This document shows, piece after piece, positions 1-7,335 of a stretch of DNA of 13,932 nucleotides. This DNA comes from Promethearchaeia archaeon. GTDB taxonomy: Archaea; Asgardarchaeota; Lokiarchaeia; Sigyniarchaeales; SOKP01. Below the pieces are notes generated by a model that saw nothing but the letters and a program-made list of their open reading frames with translations, did not search any database and had not been told where the DNA came from. The stretch spans positions 1 to 13,932 of the forward strand of contig JAHQWL010000099.1 of NCBI GenBank assembly GCA_029856155.1. The letters run 5' to 3'. The position numbers and the translations under genes are program-made. Positions within the stretch are counted from its first letter, which is position 1; the number at the start of each line of letters is the position of its first letter.

Positions 1-1077
1 CATGATGATATCTCAATCCCTAAATTAAGTGAAGAAGATTTCAATATAAATGGGTTTTTATATTATGATAATGGAAATGGAATCTCATCTGTGAGTGTTA
101 ATTATTATTGGTTAGCTGGATCTTCAATTATTTCTCAGGGTTCCTTTCTTACTGGTTCTTCAGGCTCCCTTACGAATCTACAAGTTCCATTAACAAGTGA
201 AAGTTATTTAACTTTAAAATTCAACTACTCAAATGCTCCTTATGTTAATTATTCTGAAGTTTTTATAACAAATATTAAAGTATTTTCGAATGTAACATGG
301 GATTTGAATATTGATTACATAACTACAGTAGGAGATATGTATGAATTAACTGGAACATTGTATTCTAAGACAAATCCTTCTTTAAGAATTAATAATAGAG
401 AAATCGAGATTTATTACAACGAAACTTTAAAAGGTACCGTAATAACTGCTTCTGATGGCACATTTTCACATAATTTCCAAATCACTGCACCAAATGGAAC
501 CGCTACTATTAGAATTCAATTAATACATGATGTTATTGGAAAAGTTATTGCTTCATCTTTAAAATATATAATAATTGAGCCCGCTGCTTCACAAATTACA
601 GCACAACGACCCTTACCTCCATTTTTTTTATTTTCTGTAATCTTCTTTCCAATTTTAGCCGTTATTATTGCAGTACTAGCTGTAATTGGATACAGATATT
701 ATAAAAAACAAGAAAAAGAATCTCGGGTGGTCACCCTTCCACTTGAATCAAAAATTATTAATCTTAAAATTCTTAAAGATACCGGAAGGTTGGAGGAATC
801 AATATCATATTTATTTAATGCAATTTATATGGATTTAATTAATGCTAAATATAATAGAAAAAGAAAAGAAAATGAAACAATTAGAGATTTTGCGATTATA
901 TCAGTAAAAGAATTAAAACTAACTCCATCATCAATATACCCTTTTATTCAACAAGTTGAAGAAATAATATATGCAAAACCTTATGGCATAACTGAAAAAG
1001 ATTTCTATAATACTTGCGGTTTATTTTCATCAATATATTACCAATTAACTGGACATAATTTTGTATTAACTTTTTAA
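1..1077 (+). CDS. C-terminal part (5'-truncated) of a large membrane-anchored surface protein: Ig-like beta-sandwich repeats, one TM helix, cytoplasmic DUF4129-like domain
   Basis: Frame 1 is open from base 1 (HDDISIPKLSEEDFNINGFLYYDNGNGISS...), so the GTG at 91 is not the true start. There are two similar beta-rich modules (FNINGFLYYDNGNGISSVSVNYYW and YELTGTLYSKTNPSLRINNREIEIYY...TVITASDGTFSHNFQI). N-x-S/T sequons include NYS x2, NVT, NET and NGT. A hydrophobic helix (FFLFSVIFFPILAVIIAVLAVIG, ~620-690) is followed by RYYKK. The tail has ETIRDFA...EEIIYA, a DUF4129-like T-x-R-[ED]...E-x-x-x-Y pattern. Confidence 0.75.
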   Translation, partial: HDDISIPKLSEEDFNINGFLYYDNGNGISSVSVNYYWLAGSSIISQGSFLTGSSGSLTNLQVPLTSESYLTLKFNYSNAPYVNYSEVFITNIKVFSNVTWDLNIDYITTVGDMYELTGTLYSKTNPSLRINNREIEIYYNETLKGTVITASDGTFSHNFQITAPNGTATIRIQLIHDVIGKVIASSLKYIIIEPAASQITAQRPLPPFFLFSVIFFPILAVIIAVLAVIGYRYYKKQEKESRVVTLPLESKIINLKILKDTGRLEESISYLFNAIYMDLINAKYNRKRKENETIRDFAIISVKELKLTPSSIYPFIQQVEEIIYAKPYGITEKDFYNTCGLFSSIYYQLTGHNFVLTF

Positions 1078-1198
1078 ATTCATCCTATAATAAAAAAATC
1101 AAGAGTTAAAATCAAAAAAAAAAGTAAAAAGAAATATAAATTGAAAAAAAATTATTAAATAGATATTCTAAAAAAAATAAAGAAAATGGTAAAAAATA

Positions 1199-1576
1199 AT
1201 GGCAAAAAAGAAAAAAAAGCAACCAGAACCAGAGATTAATATTAACCAAAGATTTGATAATGTTAAAATCTTAGCGGAGACCAATAGACCAAAAGAAGCA
1301 ATCGCGTATATTTATCTTGTTTATGATGATATAATCGATGTTAAGTTTAAAAAGCCAAGGCTAACACATCAAACAATTCGTGAATATGCGATAGCGTGTG
1401 TCAATGAATTAGAAAAGAATCTAAAACCTGAATCTGTGTATCCATTCATAAAAAAAATAGAAGATATTATCTATGGTGGAGTGGAACCAACAAATAAAGA
1501 ACTAAATTATACAATTGATTTATTCACCAATTTATACAATGAAATTACTGGAAAATTATTTTCATTTAAACTCTAG
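1199..1576 (+). CDS. Small soluble DUF4129-like protein, paralog of the upstream protein's cytoplasmic tail
   Basis: 125 aa with no TM segment. It aligns by eye along its whole length with the last ~110 aa of the upstream ORF: KILAETNRPKEAIAYIY vs KILKDTGRLEESISYLF, QTIREYAI vs ETIRDFAI, VYPFIKKIEDIIYG vs IYPFIQQVEEIIYA, LFTNLYNEITG vs LFSSIYYQLTG. Confidence 0.8.
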   Translation: MAKKKKKQPEPEININQRFDNVKILAETNRPKEAIAYIYLVYDDIIDVKFKKPRLTHQTIREYAIACVNELEKNLKPESVYPFIKKIEDIIYGGVEPTNKELNYTIDLFTNLYNEITGKLFSFKL

Positions 1577-1633
1577 GTTCAAATAATAATATCAATATTT
1601 TAAAATTCCAAGAATAATTAAAAGTAAATCACA

Positions 1634-3388
1634 ATGGTGAAACCGGGAAAAGCAACACAAAAGAGTATCAATATTTCTAAAGGGATAATTTTTACGTTTC
1701 TAACAACATATCTAATCATTTTTGGAATAATTATTAGTAATTTTATTGTGATTTTCCAAGAAAAAAATCCAGAAGTTTTACCTGTTATTGTAACTTATAT
1801 ACCCATGTTATGTTATTTGGGGTCAATTTTTAGTGGTATCACTTTTATTGTATTTTTAAGAAACGCCACAAAGCAAAGGGTACAAGAAACTCAATCAAGA
1901 AAGAAAATTAAATCTGGATCGTTATATAAGCAAGCCCTGTTTGTTGTTATATTTATTTTTGTATTCATTCCTTTATTTTCTCCTTTGATAGACGGAGGTA
2001 CAAACAACCAATACAACTCAATATATAATATTGAATACTGGAATGGTGCTGGAGACTTTAAACTCGCAATTGAAAATGACGGATATGAAGTAATGGCCGT
2101 ACAATCTAGTTTAAGTGCTACAGAACGGCTGGATAAATCAATCTTATTAGTTTTATTAGGTCCAAATCAATTTTATGATCCTATTTTTGAAGTGCCTTAT
2201 TTTATTAATTTCTTCAATAGTTCAAATTCCCTTCTAATATGTCACGACCATGGATCTACAAGTACTTTATTATGGGAAATTCTAATAGCAGGTGCAATTG
2301 CGCAGGTTCAAATCCCAATAACAATTTTTCCCAATGGGATATTGCGAGACAATGCTTCTTATGATACGACTCCAGAATTTCCGGTTATTCAAAATTTTGC
2401 TGCTCATCCAACAACAACAGGGATAAGTAAAGTTATTCTTTCACGAGCATCTTGTGCTGTGGGTGGACCTTTTATTGAGGCTTTTGGTTGGTCTGCTATA
2501 GGTTCTACAACCGATTACGGATTTATTGATAAAGCTCCATTTAATGGAAGATATGACTCTCCCAATGATGATCTTAGTTTAGGTTTCATGAGTGCTATTA
2601 CATCAATGGCAGGTTTCGAAGATTTTCCCTTAGCTAACCTTCCCCTTGGAGGTTATGCCCAAAGTGTATTTTTAGCAAAAGATAGCGGAACACAGCGAAC
2701 ATTCGTATCTGCGGATGCTAGTTTATTTAATAATGAATTAATTGATGATCCTTCATATAATAATTTGCAATTTGGATTAAATATCATTGAATGGTTAACA
2801 TATGTAAATGAAGGAAGAAGTAAGAATGAATGGATTGTAGTGTTTGATGAAGCACATTTAAGGCCAGAATATTCAAGAGATCTTACATCTGCAGGAATAT
2901 TTGGATATATTATGCAGTATATAATACACTTATCCACAAATCCTATCACAGCATGGATTTATCCCCTCTTAGCATTTTACTCATTAAAGAAATACCTCCC
3001 TAAAAAGGATAAAAAGAAGGAAGAAGAAAAAATTGCGGAAGAAGAAGAAAAGAAAGAAGAAATGGCACGATTTCGAACATCTTCTTTTTTTGCTCAAAAG
3101 ATTGAGGAATATAGAGATAAAATGAAATATGTAGAAGCATTAAAACTACTTTATAGAAGATTAGAACGAAAATTGCATAGTCAATTAGGAGGGGTAAAAA
3201 TCACAACCCAAAAAGTAATAGATTTAGTAGTAGCAAAAAATCCATCAACCACAAAATTAAAAACAAGAAGATTAAGTAAATTTATGGATAGAATTTTGTT
3301 AATTAAAGAAGGAAAACAAAAAGTTAAAACTGAACAAGATTTCGAAGAATTATTTTTCGAGATGGGTTGGGCAGTTAATAATATTTAA
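1634..3388 (+). CDS. Membrane protein with an extracytoplasmic DUF4350 / GATase1-like (GldG/IFT52 'GIFT'-like) domain and a charged cytoplasmic C-terminal domain
   Basis: Three N-terminal hydrophobic helices. Motifs typical of DUF4350 proteins in MoxR loci: SIYNIEYWNGAGDF...GYEV, HPTTTGI, FVSADASLFNNELI...NNLQFGLNIIEWL and VVFDEAH. A fourth hydrophobic segment is followed by a K/E-rich stretch. Confidence 0.7.
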   Translation: MVKPGKATQKSINISKGIIFTFLTTYLIIFGIIISNFIVIFQEKNPEVLPVIVTYIPMLCYLGSIFSGITFIVFLRNATKQRVQETQSRKKIKSGSLYKQALFVVIFIFVFIPLFSPLIDGGTNNQYNSIYNIEYWNGAGDFKLAIENDGYEVMAVQSSLSATERLDKSILLVLLGPNQFYDPIFEVPYFINFFNSSNSLLICHDHGSTSTLLWEILIAGAIAQVQIPITIFPNGILRDNASYDTTPEFPVIQNFAAHPTTTGISKVILSRASCAVGGPFIEAFGWSAIGSTTDYGFIDKAPFNGRYDSPNDDLSLGFMSAITSMAGFEDFPLANLPLGGYAQSVFLAKDSGTQRTFVSADASLFNNELIDDPSYNNLQFGLNIIEWLTYVNEGRSKNEWIVVFDEAHLRPEYSRDLTSAGIFGYIMQYIIHLSTNPITAWIYPLLAFYSLKKYLPKKDKKKEEEKIAEEEEKKEEMARFRTSSFFAQKIEEYRDKMKYVEALKLLYRRLERKLHSQLGGVKITTQKVIDLVVAKNPSTTKLKTRRLSKFMDRILLIKEGKQKVKTEQDFEELFFEMGWAVNNI

Positions 3389-3446
3389 TCATGTTTAAAA
3401 AACAAAATAAAGAATAAAATAAATAAAAAATTAAATAAAAAATAAA

Positions 3447-3451
3447 GAGGT
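3447..3451 (+). promoter_or_regulatory. Putative Shine-Dalgarno site for moxR
   Basis: GAGGT lies 9 nt upstream of the ATG at 3461, in an otherwise almost pure A/T spacer. Confidence 0.4.
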
Positions 3452-3460
3452 TATAAATAA

Positions 3461-4441
3461 ATGGAAGCTCCAGATAAAGCAAAATATTATGACCATGAAG
3501 AAATAGATGTTACACCTATTAGGGAGATTGCTCAAGAAGTATTAAGTGAGGTGAGCCGTGTAATTGTCGGCTATGGAGAAATCCTACAACAACTCTTCAT
3601 AGCTCTCCTCGTAAATGGACACGTACTCCTAGAAGGAGTACCAGGACTAGGTAAAACGGTAATGGCAAAAACCTTTGCAAAAACTCTTGGAATATCGTTT
3701 CGTAGAATCCAATTCACACCTGACCTACTTCCAGCTGATATAACTGGCACTAAAATATTCGATCAAAATGAAGGTGCGTTTGTACTTCAAAGAGGACCCC
3801 TATTCGCGAATATGGTTCTCGCTGACGAGATAAATAGAGCTGCTCCTAAAACACAATCTGCGTTACTAGAAGCAATGGCCGAACGTCAAATAACCATTGA
3901 AGGGCAGACATTAATATTGGAAAAGCCATTCATTGTTGTTGCAACTGAAAATCCAGTTGAAATGGAAGGAACTTATCCACTACCTGAAGCACAAGTTGAT
4001 AGATTCTTATTCAAACTTTGGTTAGATTATCCAGATCAAGATGAAGAAGTAGAGATTATGCGTCGACAAATCTCAGGTGAATCTCCATCAGTTGATCCAA
4101 TTACAGCAGGAGAAGAAATTCTTGCAGCTCAGAAAATTATGAATTTAGTATATATTGATGATAGAATTCTAAAATACGTTCGGGATATTATACTAAAAAC
4201 GCGAAATCATCCGCAAATTGCTCTTGGATGTGGCCCTCGGGCTTCATTGACTTTAATGAAAAGTGCTAAAGCACGAGCAGCAATACTAGGTCGATCATAT
4301 GTTACTCCTGATGATGTAAGAGCATTAATCGTGCCAGCGTTAAATCACAGAATTCTCTTAAAACCAGAAGCTGAATTAGAAGGTCTTGACTCACAAAGTG
4401 TTCTTAAATCAATTGTAGAAGAAATTCCCGTCCCTATTTAA
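3461..4441 (+). CDS. moxR: MoxR-family AAA+ ATPase
   Basis: Walker A GVPGLGKT, MoxR signature RIQFTPDLLPADITG, Walker B VLADEINRA, KTQSALLEAM, ATENPVEMEGTYPLPEAQVDRF (sensor I/Arg finger), GPRA (sensor II) and PALNHRI. Confidence 0.97.
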   Translation: MEAPDKAKYYDHEEIDVTPIREIAQEVLSEVSRVIVGYGEILQQLFIALLVNGHVLLEGVPGLGKTVMAKTFAKTLGISFRRIQFTPDLLPADITGTKIFDQNEGAFVLQRGPLFANMVLADEINRAAPKTQSALLEAMAERQITIEGQTLILEKPFIVVATENPVEMEGTYPLPEAQVDRFLFKLWLDYPDQDEEVEIMRRQISGESPSVDPITAGEEILAAQKIMNLVYIDDRILKYVRDIILKTRNHPQIALGCGPRASLTLMKSAKARAAILGRSYVTPDDVRALIVPALNHRILLKPEAELEGLDSQSVLKSIVEEIPVPI

Positions 4442-4449
4442 CCCAATAA

Positions 4450-4461
4450 TTTTTCTTTTTT
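4450..4461 (+). terminator. Candidate archaeal oligo-T terminator/attenuator after moxR
   Basis: TTTTTCTTTTTT starts 9 nt after the moxR stop. The other + strand spacers in this cluster are A-rich instead. Confidence 0.3.
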
Positions 4462-4549
4462 ATGGTCATAGTGTTAATAAAAATTAGAAGAAAAAAAGTG
4501 GTGGAGTTATATTTTAGGAGGTAAAGGTAGAAGTTTAATTTTATTTGCA

Positions 4550-5839
4550 GTGTTTTTTCTCACTGCAGGATTTGCATTTGTAAATTATTTCTTGATCTAT
4601 TTTGCTATATTATTGCTATTTAGTACGATCATTAGTTTACCAATTTTCTATTATAAAATGAATATAGAGGAATTACGAGTACATAGAGAACTAGAGAAAG
4701 AAAAAGTATTCAAAGATGATTTTGTTCATGTCAAAGTAGTGATTGAAAATACAGGTCGCAATAGTTTTGATTTTATTGAAATTAGGGATAATTACAACCC
4801 ACAGCTGTTTAGATTAATTTTAGGGGAAAATTTTATATCTACTAGGATTGGACCGAAGAGTACAATTAAATTTTCTTACGTTCTTGAACCAAGAGTTAGA
4901 GGTGAATATGCTCTTGGACCTTTATCAGTAATAGTTAAAGATAGATTAGGCTTTAATTCGGTTGAAAGAATTGTACCGGATAGTGTTACGGATATTCTTA
5001 TCTATCCACCTTATGAAGATATCAAAAGAATTGAAATATTAGGGTCAAAAAGATCTTTACAACTTAACTATGGAGTACAAAGATCGAAGCAAAAAGGTCT
5101 TGGCTCAGAATTTTATGGTATGAGAAAATATGTATTTGGAGATCAATTTAGACTTATTGATTGGAAAGCAAGTGCTCGATCTCAAACATTAATCGTTAAG
5201 GAGTTTGAAACCGAGAGAGATGTAACTGTAATGATATTAGTAGATTCCTCAGACACAATGGCAGGTGGAGCAATTGAAAATACTAAATTTGAATATGCTA
5301 TAAGAGCTTGCATGCTTTTAACAAAAGTAGCATTAACAAGAAGGGATAATGTAGGTGTTTTTACATTTTCAGATAAAAAAAATTTAAATTTCTTAAAGCC
5401 AAATAGTGGAGAAGAACACTTCTATCAAGTCCTAGATTTTGTTGCTAGAATAAAACCACAAGGGAAATGTAAATTTGTTGAGGCAATGGATCATTTTACA
5501 AAACGCTTTCAAAAGCGAAGTTTGGTTTTCCTTATTTCTGATTTAGAAGCGAATCCTAAAGATATTTCTCAAGCTATAAAAAAATTAGCTCCGTTTAATC
5601 ATACAATTATAGTAATTAACCCGTTTAGTCCATGGTTTGAGATTCATGAAATAGATTTATCTTCAACAGATAAAGCTTTAGCAGAAGCTATTAGTGAAGA
5701 AATGATGGAACATATCCTAACTATTAGGCAGGGACTTCGAAATTTGGGAATAAGTATAATAACATGTGGACCTGATGATATGATGAAGCAAGTTTTAAGT
5801 AATTATATGGAAGCAAAGAAAAAGGGGAAGGCGTATTAA
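4550..5839 (+). CDS. DUF58 / vWA (MIDAS) domain membrane-anchored protein, MoxR partner; the true start probably lies further upstream (frame open from 4481)
   Basis: N-terminal hydrophobic hairpin. Ig-like segment ending RVRGEYALGPL...DRLGF...ILIYP. DUF58 signature EFYGMRKYVFGDQFRLIDWKASAR...VKEFETER. MIDAS-like LVDSSDTM and FLISD. Lies directly downstream of moxR. Confidence 0.92.
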   Translation: MFFLTAGFAFVNYFLIYFAILLLFSTIISLPIFYYKMNIEELRVHRELEKEKVFKDDFVHVKVVIENTGRNSFDFIEIRDNYNPQLFRLILGENFISTRIGPKSTIKFSYVLEPRVRGEYALGPLSVIVKDRLGFNSVERIVPDSVTDILIYPPYEDIKRIEILGSKRSLQLNYGVQRSKQKGLGSEFYGMRKYVFGDQFRLIDWKASARSQTLIVKEFETERDVTVMILVDSSDTMAGGAIENTKFEYAIRACMLLTKVALTRRDNVGVFTFSDKKNLNFLKPNSGEEHFYQVLDFVARIKPQGKCKFVEAMDHFTKRFQKRSLVFLISDLEANPKDISQAIKKLAPFNHTIIVINPFSPWFEIHEIDLSSTDKALAEAISEEMMEHILTIRQGLRNLGISIITCGPDDMMKQVLSNYMEAKKKGKAY

Positions 5840-5842
5840 AAA

Positions 5843-7321
5843 ATGGCTCGTGGATATCTATTAACTTTAAAAATTATCAATCTAGCAATATTTTTTTGGT
5901 TATTTATTATCTTTTTAACATCAATTTTTGATTTCAATGAAGTAGTTAGTACTGCTGATAATCAATTAGTTATATTAGACTTTTTTGGGGCAATACGCAA
6001 TATTTTTTCTTATATAATTTTTGGTGGGGGTATGGCTATAGCCTTTGCATGCGCTGTATTTACAGGATTTTTTAGTTTGTATATCTTTAATCTAATTGAA
6101 GTCTTTTTTAAGAGATATTTAATTTCATGGTTTTCATTTGATCTAGAGCATATTCGGGAGCTCTTAGGCAATGATACATTCCAATTACGAGATCTGGAAT
6201 TAAATCATATTCCTAGATTAATAATGGGCGAAACTGAAGTATTATTTAGTGATTTCTATTTATTTATTTTTCAAATTCTAATCCTAATTTCAATTATATA
6301 TGCAATTAGAGCATTTTTAAAAAATGATCCAAAGCATTCACTTATTGCTATTGGATCAGTAACCCTTATGATTATTGTTCCTTTAATGGTGGAAGGCTTA
6401 AGAAACATGTTGAATTTAATCAATCTTCAAATTACTTACTTAGATGAAATGGTTAATCCAATTGACCCTAGTTTGACTGAAATACCAATCGATGAATTTT
6501 TTGCTTTTATCGCTAATCCTGTTATCTCATTCGCTATCATCTCTTACATTTATTTAGAACTTGCGTTCCAGATTAATTATACTGATATAGTTACAAAACC
6601 CTCCTTAGAAAGAAGTGATAGACTCGAAGCTCAGTTAAATATTCTCTCAAGAGAATCATACTTTATTACAGCTAATATTGATAAAATAAAGCAAGAAGCT
6701 AAAGAAAGAATCAAAGAATTAGAATCAGAACAAAAAGAAGGATTAGTCATCGGGAAATTTTTCGCAAAGACGGGTAAACGGTTTTCTTATGTAAAAGAAA
6801 TGATAGAAAGGAAAAAATTAGAAGAAGAAGAAAAAAAATTAGTTACTGCAGCATCAAAAACAAGACGTCTAGGGAGGTATATTGATCGCCTTTTTCGAGA
6901 GGATTCTGAAGCTAAAGATACACTAACTGCAAGCTCATCAGCCCCTAGGGCTCGAAATTTAGCAACATCTACAATAATTAACTTTACTTATCGTGTAGGT
7001 CTACTGCTAATTATAAGCTTCATTATTATACACCCCCATTGGTTTTTAGAGACAATATTCCAATTACCTCCCGCAATTACTGAAAGTGTTGCAATGTATT
7101 CCCCCGAAGTTATCATAATTATATTAGGACCAATCATGGTGCTTTTTCCAGTAATTTCTAAACTAATATCATTTATCAAGCATAGGAATTTAGTAATCCG
7201 TTTGCAACAAGAAGGTCGTATAAAGGAACTTTTAACATCTGTTGGAGATTATGTTAGAAAAGAAGAACCTGAAGTTCCAGTAGAGGAAGAAGCTGGGGAA
7301 GTTGCAACCGAATCAGTTTAA
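5843..7321 (+). CDS. Uncharacterised polytopic membrane protein with a central charged coiled-coil region
   Basis: 492-aa ORF starting 3 nt after the DUF58 stop. It has about five N-terminal and two C-terminal hydrophobic segments around a K/E/R-rich helical region (IDKIKQEAKERIKELESEQKE, MIERKKLEEEEKKLV), and an acidic C-terminal tail. Confidence 0.8.
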   Translation: MARGYLLTLKIINLAIFFWLFIIFLTSIFDFNEVVSTADNQLVILDFFGAIRNIFSYIIFGGGMAIAFACAVFTGFFSLYIFNLIEVFFKRYLISWFSFDLEHIRELLGNDTFQLRDLELNHIPRLIMGETEVLFSDFYLFIFQILILISIIYAIRAFLKNDPKHSLIAIGSVTLMIIVPLMVEGLRNMLNLINLQITYLDEMVNPIDPSLTEIPIDEFFAFIANPVISFAIISYIYLELAFQINYTDIVTKPSLERSDRLEAQLNILSRESYFITANIDKIKQEAKERIKELESEQKEGLVIGKFFAKTGKRFSYVKEMIERKKLEEEEKKLVTAASKTRRLGRYIDRLFREDSEAKDTLTASSSAPRARNLATSTIINFTYRVGLLLIISFIIIHPHWFLETIFQLPPAITESVAMYSPEVIIIILGPIMVLFPVISKLISFIKHRNLVIRLQQEGRIKELLTSVGDYVRKEEPEVPVEEEAGEVATESV

Positions 7322-7335
7322 ATACAATTAATTCA

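Noticed and set aside
91-93. GTG start of ORF1 given in the ORF track
   Set aside because: The frame is open and coding-like back to base 1, so the gene starts upstream of the window.
2653-2949. 98-aa minus-strand ORF
   Set aside because: Antisense shadow inside the DUF4350 gene with no recognisable motifs.
3001-3062. GAA/AAG-rich purine tract as a tandem repeat
   Set aside because: It simply encodes a K/E-rich helical linker and has no fixed repeat unit.
4516-4522. Perfect SD-like AGGAGGT upstream of the DUF58 GTG
   Set aside because: It is 27 nt from the GTG, with no start codon at a usable spacing. It is better explained as in-frame TTA-GGA-GGT (Leu-Gly-Gly).
6988-7179. 63-aa minus-strand ORF
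   Set aside because: Antisense shadow of the membrane protein gene.
7322-7335. Bidirectional hairpin terminator between the convergent operons
   Set aside because: The gap is only 14 nt, with no convincing stem-loop or U-tract.
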